Source: Dicyema japonicum (Eukaryota > Animalia > Dicyemida). From it: a stretch of DNA of 33,000 bases. Shown here one piece after another: positions 1 through 12,021 of the stretch. Each line of letters starts with the position of its first letter. Within the stretch, counting starts at the first letter, position 1. The position numbers were made by a program, and so were the translations under genes. The stretch spans positions 956,868-989,867 of the forward strand of contig RDEW01000015.1 in assembly GCA_011109175.1 (NCBI GenBank), given 5' to 3'. The notes beneath the pieces are model-generated. The model was not told where the DNA came from. It saw nothing but the letters and a program-made list of their open reading frames with translations, and made no database searches.

Positions 1-1089
1 CGGTGAAAAGAGTTCCCCCACTGGATCAACATTTTGGATTTCTGGGAACGTACATCATTGGTAGTTACGTTTTTTGTTAGCCACCGGTTTCTTTCACTTG
101 AAGGGATCTTTTCCCTTAACCTTTATTTTGTTAAAATGCGATTTGAAAACTTTAATTACTAATTGATACATTGGTTGTAAAATCACCAGTTATTTGTAAG
201 CAAAAATCACAATTCCCTGATTGCTTTAAATTTAGTCAAATTTTTTTAATCTTTAAATGAATTCAGTTTTGGTAAGATTAATATAATACTGTCATTCAAC
301 ATAGTTCCTACCACACGTTAAGTTATTTTATGGTTACACTGTTGATGAAACGACATGACTTTGCTTTAAATACTTCTGAAAAGATTTTGGACACTCGAGA
401 AGTGGAATTGTTGAATAAATTTTATTTGAATTTTTGGATTTTTTAATTGTGTGAAATTTGTTCTATCACAAACACTTAAAAGTAACTTAAACATACTTAA
501 TAAAAATTCAAGATAAAAATTGATTTTTAAGAAAATGTGGCTGATTCGAGAAAACTTGGGGATTTGAGAATTTTGTTAGAAAAAAAATATTTTTGAGCAT
601 TTAATAGCGGGTTAAAGAGGTTGCCAATTAAAGGGGATTTACCACTCGTAGATAGTTCTTTCGAGGAACAAAGGGATTTCCATCAAAAAAGTGAATGTGA
701 GATGGAAATTCTGGAAAAAAATACTGTTGTGTGAGAAAATTGCACATGTACATATTTATCTTGTAGGAAAGTTTACATTTTCTTTAGATATAACAAAGAG
801 CAGAGAAAATCCCGCTTTGTAAGTGACAGGCATTCATTAAATCTATTTTTCCTAGATAGGCTTGATTAGTTGATTTGTAAAAAATAAATTTAGATTAATT
901 TTTTGAATTTAATTAAAAGTATACATTTAAATTTAAAAGAATTATTGTTCTTAAAACGTGTCGTCTTCGTTGTGTTGGTTGCCATAATAGTCGTATGATG
1001 TTTTCATCCTTGCCCTGATTAATGATTAAATCTGGCCAGCGGAGGCCACAGTGTGGTCATTCGTACTGACGACTATTATCTTCACGCTA

Positions 1090-1270
1090 ACATCAAAACC
1101 TAACTTCGATTGGGAAAGGGTTGAACCTCGGCATATGATCTTGAGCGCGTGAGGGACCTAACGAGGAAGAGAAAACTGGAAGCGATTGACAAAACTCATC
1201 CAGGAGAGGGTGGCACAAGCGAGATAACTCTACTAACGTTGTTTTGCGGTATGCTTATTAATAATAATAA
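1090..1270 (+). mobile_element. 3' end of RTE-like non-LTR retrotransposon with (TAA)n tail
   Basis: Translates (one frameshift) to DLERVRDLTRKR..WKRLTKLIQERVAQAR*, similar to the C-termini at ~3770-3840 and 17340-17410. Ends in TAATAATAATAA at ~1259-1270. Confidence 0.65.
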
Positions 1271-1700
1271 GCCTTACTAGAACCTGTTGGCCTGGACAGA
1301 GGAGACGGAAAACGTCCCGACGCGATCACAATTTTCCCATTTGAAGAGGGGAAAACTTTGGTTTGAAACGCTGCTTGTGCCGACACGCTTTCCCCGTCCA
1401 ACATTGTCGGGAGCGCGGTAAACACACTGTATGCCGCGGAAAAAACGATGAGGGCAAAGGAGAAGAAATACGAAGCGCTACGCGACCGATTCGCGTTTTA
1501 TCCGATTGTGGTCAAGACAACTGGAGGAATAAGTGGAAAATCGCTTCGCTTCCTAAAAAAACTTGGACGCTTAGCTACACTAAAAAGTCACGACCTACGT
1601 GAGACCCGGTGGTTTCTCCAGTTGATATCTGTTGTAATCGTGAGAGGCAACGCAATGTCGATAATGTCGGCGGGGTCCACTTTGGAATAAATTTATTAAA
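1271..1700 (+). mobile_element. CRE-like (RLE-type) non-LTR retrotransposon, decayed 3' fragment
   Basis: LEPVGLDRGDGKRPD..IFPFEEGKTLV..., then KEKKYEALRDRFAFYPIVVKTTG...RETRWFLQLISVVIVRGNA, the PD-(D/E)xK RLE C-terminus of CRE-clade elements. Contains a stop and a frameshift. Confidence 0.8.
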
Positions 1701-2972
1701 TAAAGCTACTTTAATATTTATAATAATAACTATTTATTAGCTTTGAGAGCAGATATCACGTGGATTCATCCAATGAGCTATTTTTTTAAATATGAAATAG
1801 CTTTTGTATCTCTATCACGTGTCTTATTTTTTTGGTGTTATTAGTTCCATTCATTTGAACCTAAGAGACCGGGCCACTAAAATTTATAGTTATTTACTGA
1901 TGATTGGATTTTGATTATCTAATGCTTTCTACTAGTAGAGAATCACTCCATAAAGTGATATTAATGCCATTCATTCTAACTGCGGTCAGACTCCTAATAT
2001 TGGCTATCATTGTAATACTGGCGGCATCATCACCCATGGCAACTGGTTAATTTGAGACTAGGGTTTTGTCTGATACTTTCATTGAATCTGTGTTATGTTA
2101 CATGATCCACGTGCTATGATTTTGATACGGTTAAAGTGATCAAAACAATTTTCTAACTGAAAAGTCTTAAATACTTTATTCTGTTAAAAAGACAAGAGAT
2201 CATTTAACCTCAAATTTCCGTTATTGTTATGACAATTGGTATTAATTAGTCAGCGCCTCCGCTGGGGATCACAGGCTCTAAGCGAACTGATTACTGATTC
2301 TAAATAAAAAATTCCAATTGTGGTAGAATGTTAAATAGTGATTATGTCCGAAGGCACAACGAAGTGGTGAAGTTTGCAAATTTGCATGAGTAAAAAAGCG
2401 AACAAATTGAAGAGGGACTTGGTTCAGTCAATAGTATCAACGCAAAATATGAGTTGATATGTCAATAATGACTGAAACCAAGGTTTAATTCACAAGATCA
2501 AAAACGAAATAATTCTAATTGAAGTAGGGAGTACTTCTCAGGATCGCCTTAAACAAGTTGAGGTAGAAAATGCCTCAAGTATGACCTTTTTGCAAGAGAA
2601 TTTTATCTACGTTTGTCAAGTAAAGACTAATGATTAAGAAGCAACGAGGATTACGCGTAACTTTTAAGATGCAATGGTTTATTGAAAACCACAGGCAAAC
2701 TCAAAAACATATTGCAAGGATTCCAAATACGAACAATACACTACAAAAATATATTAAAAATGACTACTGATTGTTTTGCTATTGATCTCGCAGAGGAATT
2801 TTTACTAGCAAATATACGAAAACCTAAAATCGTAAACCTTTTTTACAAATATAGTCATTTTGTTCCTTCAGAAACCAAATGTTGTGACATTGTAAAGTTT
2901 CTTGCTGAAATTATTAACAAATATTTTAAAGGAAATTGAATCAAAAAAATTACAATCTCTAAGCCATATCAT

Positions 2973-3893
2973 TTGTTAAAGAATAATGATCACTCCTCAA
3001 GGAGACTCCCTCTCTCCCCACTATTCACAATATACTTGGAGGCCGCAATGAGGGAACTGAGACCATTATATCAAGGAAAAATAGATGAAGTGATTTATGC
3101 TGATGATGTCGACCTAATTTCTGAAGACAAAGAACTCCTGGAGCATGTACTAGAAAAAGCACCAGATATACTTGAGAAATGGTTTCTCACCGTGAACAGG
3201 GAAAAACAGAACGGACAGAGATAAGAAGAATGAACAACTCACTCGAAGAAAAATGGAGACACATAAAGAAACTTGGCTCACTACTAGGAGATAGCGAAGA
3301 CATCATACGGAGAAAAACATTGGCAAACGCGGCATTACAAAAGCTTAAAAATCTTTGGCTAAAGCGGAAAGGATATAACATAAAACAAAGGATTATGTTA
3401 TACGACACTTTCATCAAACCAATTCTACTATACAACTCTGGGACCTGGGCCACCTCTAAAGAGGAATTGGAGAGGCTAGACTCATTTCACAGGAATCATC
3501 TAAGAAACATAACTGGAATGTCCTGGCCATCCAAGATCTCGCGAAATGGACTGTACAATAAGTGTGACTGTATACCATTAAGCCACGAGATCATTAACTC
3601 TCGTTGGAGACTTTTTAAACACGTCCTGAGGTTGGACCCGATATCCCTTCCGAATAACGCAATGTAAGATTACTACTCTTCCAATGTAAAACTTTCGTGG
3701 AAGACCGAGAACTACCCTCCCGGTCGTTCTACAAAACGATCTGAAAGCCGTGAAGAAAACATTGGCATCTGGTGACGATCTGGACTCACTGAGGGACCTA
3801 GCAAAGAACAGAAGAGCTTGGAGCAACCTAACTAATTCTCTTATATAAATATTATGGCTCTTGTGAAAGTGATAATAATAATAAAGAATAATG
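2973..3893 (+). mobile_element. 5'-truncated RTE-like LINE (RT and C-terminus), frameshifted
   Basis: LSPLFTIYLEAAMR...IYADDVDLIS RT motifs; KKLGSLLG, KPILLYNSGTW, RWRLFKHVLR, FRGRPRTTL; ATAATAATAATAAAGAATAAT tail at ~3872-3892. Confidence 0.9.
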
Positions 3894-3894
3894 A

Positions 3895-4706
3895 TTTTAT
3901 GCAACATTGATGCCTTCTCCATGCTTCATTTTCGGTGTATTTTTGTCATATTCGTGATTTGTCTTCCGCCATATATAAAATATATTTGTTATAATTCAGA
4001 CCAAAAAGTTTAATTTTGGTTTCATCCGACCATAAAATATTCATTATATATTCCAAATTTTTATTCAAAATATTTTTTAGCAATTTGTAGTCGCGCCAAT
4101 ATGTGGACTTTTTAGTAGAACACGACGTGCTCTCCGTCTATGAATTCTTTCTATGCGCAATACATTAGTTATCGTAGACACACCGAAATTTATTCCCATA
4201 GTCTGTAAATCATTCACCAAGATGCTTTGAGTAATTCTCGGTTCATTAACCACAATTCTTTTCATCCTTGAGAGAGAACGGCTAGATTTTTTTGGGTTCG
4301 CCAGATCTCGATTTATTTAAGACAGTCCCTCGTTCTTTCCAACGGATTATTATACTTCTCACTGAACTTTTTGGAATGCTAAATAGATTTGAAATTCGTT
4401 TATAATATTTTTTATCTTGGTGGGACTTCACAACATCTGTTTTAACTACAAATATTCTTTTCGTTTTCCCATAAAACTTTAAAAAAACGTTCATTTTTTA
4501 ATATCCAATTGATGCCTTTGTAGTGTCGAATCGATTAAATGTACTCTTTCAGAAGATTTGTCCACCATTTTAGCATAAAATAATAACTAATTTATTCAGA
4601 ATGAAATTTTATTTAAAAACTAATTATGGAGCTTAATCTTGGACTAAAAAAAAGCAAAAACGAATAAATGAGACAAGAGGTGCCAAAACATTTTGAGCCA
4701 ACTGTA
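3895..4706 (-). mobile_element. Tc1/mariner DNA transposon, 5' half with one TIR
   Basis: Paired-like HTH YKRISNLFSIPKSSVRSIIIRWKERGTVLNKSRSGEPKK, then VSTITNVL and NILWSDETKIKLFG (first catalytic D). Minus-strand TA-CAGTTGGCTCAAAATGTTTTGGCA terminus at 4706-4681. Confidence 0.85.
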
Positions 4707-4939
4707 GTTGCAAAGCAAACAATTTTATTTAACAAAAAATTAGGAGTTAAAAGGGATATTACTAAAGTCCAGCTCCTCAGCTTAAACAATCTGCCAAGTT
4801 CATTCTACTCCTCTTTAACCAGACGTGCAAAGGGTCCAATGGGTCAAAAAACGGGGGGTCCCAAACAAACTATTGAGTCCAGAAAGGGTTCAATGAGGGT
4901 TTCAAACAACCGTTAGGACAGAATTCATAAGACCCCATC

Positions 4940-5032
4940 TGACGTAGGTAATATAGATTATCAATGTTTGACGTAGGTAAGTAACTAAAGTAATACTTAC
5001 TTGGACGTAAGTAAAATAGATTATCAATATTT
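4940..5032. repeat. Short imperfect tandem repeat (GACGTAGGTAA...TAGATTATCAAT)
   Basis: GACGTARGTAA occurs three times and TAGATTATCAAT twice within about 90 nt. Confidence 0.6.
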
Positions 5033-5399
5033 GTAATGGTATAGAAGGGGAGTCTTTATTATTTAAAAAGCAAAGGAATGTATGATGAGTCCACTAGTTC
5101 ATAAAATTCAAAAGATAAAAGCCGGAAATATTATTTATTAACAAATATTTAAAAGAAATTGAATTATTATTTTCTGGAAAATTCCTTTAAAAAATTAAAA
5201 AAACGACACAACAAAAAATATGGAAACAACTGAAATAGTAATTTCTCCGTTTGATAATTCATTTTTAATGGAATGCCAGCAACATCGAGTAAAGTGAAGT
5301 CATTTCGATTCATCACAAATAATAACGAAAGATATTAATTTCCTACCAGAAAATGTAGAATATTATCAAATTTTGTGTTTTAACAAATAAAAATGACAA

Positions 5400-5718
5400 A
5401 TATTTAACAAAAAAACAAATGTTAGTTGAGGAAACCGGCTGCGTAGATTGAGAACGAGTTCCCTCGGAGTATGGCCATTCCAATATTTTGTCTCAGCCAT
5501 AACTCTTCTTGTTGATCCCTTTTCTATCTGGCAAGCATTCCTCCGAGTTCGCGCAAGAACTCAGCCATCGTTGGACCAACGGCTCCCGATGACTCGCCCG
5601 CAACAGGAGTAAATCGGTAGCGGTCCCCGAGGCAGGAATATTTCATGATTTTTAGGTTTTCCGCGGTCGAAGCAGCTGCTCCAGGTGTCTGAACTGATTT
5701 GTAAAGATTCGTGCTTGA
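5400..5718 (-). mobile_element. CRE-like non-LTR retrotransposon 3' fragment
   Basis: SSTNLYKSVQTPGAAASTAENLKIMKYSCLGDRYRFTPVAGESSGAVGP...LRGNSFSIYAAGFLN*. Confidence 0.85.
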
Positions 5719-5850
5719 GTCGTCGTAGGAGAGCTTTGACAAATAAAAATTAAATCAATTTTTCATTTTTATACCTATTAGGTCAGCAATTTAATGGACT
5801 TTTTAGGGTCAATTTATTTGTTTTTAATGACAACTTTTCGATTGCCCTAT

Positions 5851-5911
5851 TAATCAAGTTAATGGTTAACATTAAGAACACTTTTAAAGCACTTAAAACT
5901 GACGTAAATAG
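5851..5911 (+). repeat. Dispersed repeat, inverted partner of 8813-8873
   Basis: Its reverse complement matches 8813-8873 at 54 of 61 positions (hand alignment). Confidence 0.85.
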
Positions 5912-6044
5912 ATTTATAAGCGATTATCGCTTATAGGTAAGTAAAATGTAACTTTCCTCTAATTTTAATAGTAAAGTAAATCAAGTGAAGTTAACATACG
6001 ATGATTTGCATTTTCGTGTTAAAATAATTTTTTATAATAATTTG

Positions 6045-6676
6045 GATTTAAAGTGCATATTTTTCCTAGAGGTGAGTTGACTATTTTTATAGGCGAATTC
6101 GGGACAACCATCCAAGTTTGTCGTAAGAGGTTAATTACTTAAAGCATATTTGTTATCATCATGATAGTGACCTCCAATGCATTTTTCATCATTATAATGA
6201 CTTCCAACACATCCTTGTCCAATAATGAAATTAAAAAAATAATGGAAAATAATTTAAATATTCTTTGTCGAAGGTGAACTATGAACGCTGTCAGATTACA
6301 AATGCCAGGTGATGGTACCAGTCCAGCATGTCACATAAAGTAAGACGTTCTGCATGTCTTCAATCTCAATTTTCTCAAGGCTCATAGAAATTTGATTGCG
6401 ATCTATAAAGTTCTAATATAGATTGAAATCACTAATTAAATGTATTCATGGATGAGTTAACTTCTAATGAGGCAACCGCAGTCACATCAAGAATATTGGA
6501 AGGCTTGACAACGAATATAGAAACACGTGACTAACCAGCACATGACCATCTTTGAGCCCAAATGTATAGACACGTGATTTCTCAATATTCTAACGACGAA
6601 TCATATATTGTCTTTCTTATAATCAAATTGGTAGAACCACGTGGGTCAATACCCCCATAGAACAAATGCCCCACAT
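6045..6676 (-). CDS. Possible small multi-exon gene of unknown function directly downstream of the CERS gene
   Basis: Exon-like open stretches (NIEKSRVYTFGLKDGHVL|PSNILDVTAVASLE and GQGCVGSHYNDEKCIGGHYHDDNK, the latter an internal repeat) separated by candidate GT..AG segments of about 30 nt. No complete model obtained. Confidence 0.25.
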
Positions 6677-6701
6677 TTATTGGTAAAAATTAGAAAAATA
6701 G

Positions 6702-7737
6702 TTATTCCCGTTTATCTTTCCGATCTTCAGTAACGTCAGTTTCGCGAAAGTCCGAGATATTGCCACCGAGTCGTCGTAAGAGAGCTTTGACGATCAACTA
6801 CAATCAGCAATCGACTTACCGTGGACCAAATAATGTGAGCAAACTGGAGAAACATCAAAAATCCGTTCAAAATTGAATACCATGACCACGGAATGTACGA
6901 GTAAACTGCGAAACCCATGGAAGTGGCGTAAAGGACCTTCATTGGGTACCAGTAAAGCCGGAAAACAAACCTACCATGAACCCAGAAATCACCATAAAAT
7001 AGAAAACGTAAGAAACAGCACTTGAGAGACGCAAACAAATGCACTCTCACAATAGAACTTACTCAAGTACAAGAAGACCTTGGCCAATCCCAAAACGGTG
7101 TCCAGCATGTCGTGAAGGAACATGACGAAGACCCCGATGCGGTATAACCTGGATGAGACCCCCAAGTACCGCATAGCATAAGACAGTCCCACGAGAGAGA
7201 TCGTCGCAAAGTGGTGGAACATAAGAAGATAGGAATCAGACCGCCAATTGTCAACATACAAGGTAGAGTATACCCCCGCAATGTAAAAGGACATCTGGAT
7301 AACGTAATTGAGAAAGATATCTGCGGAAATAACGTCATCAGCACTCCACTCTGCCATAATCACGGAAAAAACCCTTAAAACACATAACAGGGTCAGTGAA
7401 GTAATAATAGCGGAGCACGAGGATGCTATATGAAGAACAAATGAAGAGAGCCAAGTGGGAAGCCGACTGGACGATGTTCTGGGCAATTCTCTGACCCGCA
7501 ATTGGAGTTATCAACGGAAACTGTCGAATCATAAAAAACTAGGATAACTAAGGGACCGACCTTGGTATAAGAGATCAGTTTGATTCTGATTATAATCCAT
7601 ATTATGGGAAGAAACAAAAAGACATAGTCACTTTTGTCGAAGTGGCCGTACTTTTTTATGTCTGCAGCAATATCCGTCGCAGAGGGTATCAAAATGTTCG
7701 AAAATGTGGTATTCCTCAGGGTTTTGATTCGATCCAT
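6702..7737 (-). CDS. CERS1: Ceramide synthase (TLC/Lag1 domain, CERS1-like, no Hox-like domain), 308 aa after splicing
   Basis: Removing introns 7539-7560, 7351-7372, 7149-7169, 6971-6992 and 6798-6819 gives an open 927-nt CDS. It contains the Lag1 motif WRSDSYLLMFHHFATISLVGLSYAMRLYRIGVFVMFLHDMLD, then WFVFRLYWYPMKVLYAT and C-terminal DFRE. AATAAA lies about 20 nt after the stop. Confidence 0.93.
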
Positions 7738-8419
7738 GCACTGAAACAGGGCACAAACCAACTGAATGTACCCCGTTGGGTGCGAGGACGTCTGACTAAA
7801 GTCAACTGGTTCTACAAAATTATGGGCTATTCAAAAAAATAGGAAATAAATCACAACCACAAAGCATTAGAGAATCTTGTTAATCTTGGCTTTTTTAGAA
7901 TATTTTTTGTTGAAAATTTGAATTTATTAAAAAATTAAATATTCAAAATAATTTAATAATAATTTAACTTTAAACGTTTCAACCTTATAAATTAACATTC
8001 TTTCATATTTTAAGGTACAACAATTCTGATCAAATACATAGCATTACTAAAATTTTATCAGATATTTCGTTGATCTGTATAATCTTATATTTCTACCGTG
8101 GCCATTGCTGTATTGTGCTTTTAATGTTGTGGGATTATTTTATGATAATTTTAACAAATTGACGTGCTTTTTTGTAACTGGAAGCCATAGAAACTGATTG
8201 TATTTGTGGTTTTATCGTCGATTAGATAATTATCACAAACCGTAAGTTCTCTTCTGTTGTCAAGTTGTTATCTTTTCTGTTGTCTTGATTATCAAAGTGT
8301 GCATTTATATCTGCTGTTCTCTTTTGTCAGACTACTTAATATTATTTGGTCACTTTAGATGGTGAAGTTTTTGAACTCTTGGAGGGACTCGGCTTTGACA
8401 ATCCGAGAAGTTCCCCATA

Positions 8420-8760
8420 CACACAACCCTCAACGAAATCGTCAAACGTGAGTCAGATGGGTTCCAATTTCTGATCGAACCACCATCTTTTGACAACGGG
8501 GATGGGATGACAATTTTTAATTCTTGCATGGAAAATCTCTCGTGTGGGATACAACGTGTGGTGCCTCATTCAATGCTTTACGTTTTCCACAGACATTATG
8601 TGTTCCAAAATGACGACTCTACCGAACGGAGGAAACTAAATAAATAATTAGCCTTTGGAGATTATTTCTATTTTGTAACAATCGCTTTCGAAGAATTGGT
8701 AAGTCATCGAAAAATCTTGAATGTGATTACTGCGGCACTCAGAGACTTCCTCGAAGGGAA
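8420..8760 (+). mobile_element. Heavily decayed CRE-like fragment
   Basis: HTTLNEIVKR...IEPPSFDNGDGMTIF...GKSLVWDTTC, parallel to the copy at 32472-33000. Confidence 0.7.
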
Positions 8761-8812
8761 ATAATTTTCACAGCACCAGGAAATTCCATCGTCTTACAAA
8801 CAATAGAAAAAG

Positions 8813-8873
8813 CTATTTACGTCAGTTTAAAGTGCTTTAAAAGTGTGCATAATGTCAAACATGAACTTAATTA
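8813..8873 (-). repeat. Dispersed repeat, inverted partner of 5851-5911
   Basis: CTATTTACGTCAGTTTAAAGTGCTTTAAAAGTG... is the reverse complement of 5851-5911 (54/61). Confidence 0.85.
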
Positions 8874-9214
8874 TTAATCCACAATTGCTGAAAAATCACT
8901 TGTTTCCATTTTTACTGGAATCTTCCATAAAATCAGAATTTTTGTTACAAATGACATTCCACGAAATTGTAAATTTTTTTTGATTTAATTTCCCTTAAAA
9001 TATTTGTAATGAAGACTTATGTTTTTTTAATTTTTTATAAAGTAATAAATTCATTATATATTCCTTTTTTATTTGAATTAGTGAAGAATCCCCTTCTATA
9101 ACATTACAAATATTGATAATCGTTTCTCAACGAGGGGCGAATTTTATTTGTCCTGGAGCGATTTTTTAATTGGTGATTTTTTTAATTATGAAATTAATCG
9201 CTTTATTTAACAAA

Positions 9215-9490
9215 CAATAAAAAAGTTAATATATTTAATAATCAACAACCTTCCTCGCCTGCCTGTTCGCCAGCCTTCTCAGGCAGGTTCGATTCTGGTT
9301 GCTGAAACAACTCCGAGAGCGCATTGTCAAATTGAACCCTCTGCCCATATGGCATCTCAGGGCTCTGCCTCCTATACTCCAATGTCAAGCTCTCTAGGGT
9401 CCGCTTTAACACAGTGGACTGTAGATAGGCCTGGAGCTTCCTATCTACCCCCAACTGCTTCAGATAACCCTTGTGGTACTTTGTTGCATG
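9215..9490 (-). mobile_element. 3' end of an R4/NeSL-like RLE non-LTR retrotransposon
   Basis: TKYHKGYLKQLGVDRKLQAYLQSTVLKRTLESLTLEYRR resembles the post-RLE C-terminus that I recognise from RLE LINEs of small parasite genomes. GC-richer island in AT-rich flanks. Confidence 0.6.
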
Positions 9491-9492
9491 GG

Positions 9493-9596
9493 GCATGACA
9501 CTTTTTTATGATATCTGTTATTATGAAATATTTATACTTAAATTTATTTAAAATAATTAAATAATATAGCATGACACTTTTTTATAATATCTGTTA
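9493..9596. repeat. ~28-nt direct repeat next to the 5' junction of the RLE fragment
   Basis: GCATGACACTTTTTTATGATATCTGTTA (9493) and GCATGACACTTTTTATAATATCTGTTA (9569). Confidence 0.7.
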
Positions 9597-10649
9597 AAAA
9601 ATTAAATAAATTGAGAACTATATATCTTTTGGTTTTTTTTAAATCCAATGATCCATTGTCATGTGGTGCTGAGTTTTCTAAGGAAACATTTCGTTTATTA
9701 GAACACGAAAGTATTTTCAATCACTAGGAAAAGATAGTGAATTAAAACCTAAAGCAAAACAATGACAAAAGGATAAAAATAAGGATATACTTCATTAATA
9801 AATGCCTAAAATCTGCAAACTATTCGGGATTTTTTTATTCATATAAAGTTGCAGAAATTATCGCAGTTACTGGGTTTTTTTTATAAAAATTATCATTGGT
9901 TTTTTATTTTATTCTAAATTACTTATGTATGAAAATATAAATATTTTAATACGAATAATTTATAAAATTAAACAAAATAGCAAATAAGATCGTCTTTTCC
10001 GTTAATTTTGTATTAACAGTGAGAACCTAACCATACATACGGACGAAGTGGAATAAATTTTATATCTGCATAAGAGATATCAGAGTAGCTCTTACTAAAA
10101 GAATCCCAAATATAGAGCATCTGGTTAACCTTCACAAAGGTCAAGGATCTTTTAATCAAATTACTAATTAATGTATGAATAGTTTTTTTAGCGTAACAAA
10201 ACAATTAAAGTAATCCAGCTGAGAAAATTAAATGCTTGTTTCCCTGACAACTGCCAGAGAAATCCTTTGGAACAGCAACTCGGTTTCCCGACGTTCGTTG
10301 CTTGCTTTCGTTATCATAGAACCGAGGAAAGAGATATAGTATTTTTTAAAATATCAATTAAAAAATATGGTTCTAGTGGCATTAACATTAGAAAAAAACT
10401 TTCAGAGTCACGGAGCGGTGGACTTGTGGGAGACACAGAACCGGACCGACTACTCTGGAGGCCTTTATCAAACTAAACTTTGGCATGCAGAAAGGTGGCC
10501 CTGCAAATACAGTCAGCCGCCCAGTACGAGCTTGTGTGGGCACAAGGGAGGAGCACCGGGAAAGGATGAGGATTTTGGTGGAACGCATCGGGATCACGTG
10601 ATAGTTAGTTTGGTTTTACCGTGGTCTTGGGTGTTAAATAAATAAGAAG

Positions 10650-11880
10650 CAATTGAAATAATTAAGATATTCAGTGAATCGGGACAACTCGACAAATCCA
10701 TTGACTGGAGAGAAATGGCAAATATCAAGCGATCTGCTCAAAATTACATTTTCAAGGAATCCTCGGTGTACATTACTAAAAATAGTCGAGAGTTGCGATT
10801 CTTTGTATTGAGGAAGCTGAATTAAAACTAAAATACATTGAAGCTGTATATTTGTTGATTTAAATTAGACTCAGCATAATCTAAATCACTTTGGACGTGA
10901 TAATTATATAGTTTATTGTCACTTACCAATTATTTTACAAGACGTAGTGAAGTGGCTACTGTAGTATCTAAATGTGTTTATTGTCAGGTAAATTATCAAT
11001 TATAACAATTTTAGTCTAAACAAATGCCTGCGACTAAACCAGTAATTATGCCTATTGTCTATGTGCCAGAGACCGATTCATTGTAGATCTTGTCGATTTA
11101 AGGCGATTTGGTGTGGTAGAAAATGCCGCTAGCAAATCTGCAAATGAGATTTGCCGAATCCTGAATGAAATTTTTTGCATAATTGGACCTCCAATTATTT
11201 TCCATAAAGATAATGGACAGGAATTCAGAAATTCCCATATGTAACAACTTTGCGAAAAATACAATATTTCCCACGTTTCGAGATGACCACGAGCAACATG
11301 GATACAAGGACAAGTCGAACGGTATTTTTTGTTTAATGTCAATAGATTTAATCAATCATTAAAAAAATGGATCTCATCGACGAGTGCATCGAGAGGCAAT
11401 TCTGGATGCTATATCAATTTGATAAAAGACATTGTTTGCGATTATGACCATGCTGTCCACAATACAACAAAAAAAGACATTTTGAAATTTTTTTCAATGT
11501 GAATCTTTCTAAAAAGTATGAAAAGGGGAATTAAAAGCGATACTAGATTTTGACGGCCAAAATGAAAACGAGGAAGTATTAGTGCATTCTTCATCTCGAA
11601 AAAAATTTAGAGGGACAAGAAAAAGGAAGAATTTCCCTGGAAAATATTGTCAAATCATGCAAAAATAATGAAAAAACGTATATGGAAATTGAGGATAATG
11701 ATGAAATTTTAATACGCCACGACTGGGACGCAAACGTAGCTAATAAAAATACCCCTTATACGACCAAATTTCAACGAAAAAATATACGAATACTGAAGGA
11801 GAAATGATCACAATTCTAGATGATGAAGATAAAGAAATTAACACCATACATATAAGCCGGGTTAAAAAAGTTGTGATTTT
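10650..11880 (+). mobile_element. Ginger/TDD (KRBA2/SCAND3-like) rve integrase, decayed, containing micro-introns
   Basis: HHCC motif (HNLNHFGRD...KCVYCQ), RDRFIVDLVD, GPPIIFHKDNGQEF and IQGQVERFNQSLK after splicing 11322-11345. In-frame stops and an internal deletion. Confidence 0.85.
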
Positions 11881-12021
11881 TTTAATTCTTTTAATTTTTT
11901 GGTTTGTGTTCTTTGAAAAATTGTATCAAATATACCGCGGCATGTATCTACTTTCAGTAAGCCGGCCAAATACTAAAGCTTTTTATGAGCAAAATACTAA
12001 ATGGAAAATTAATTTATAAAT

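Noticed and set aside
7021-7062. Additional CERS intron starting GTAAGT at ~7062
   Set aside because: Read-through is open and gives about the expected spacing between the Lag1 motif and the W-F-x-F-R-L motif, so no intron is needed.
8020-8330. Possible LINE AP-endonuclease remnant on the minus strand
   Set aside because: Only faint similarity (FYGF...ISDKILV) with many stops, too weak to call.
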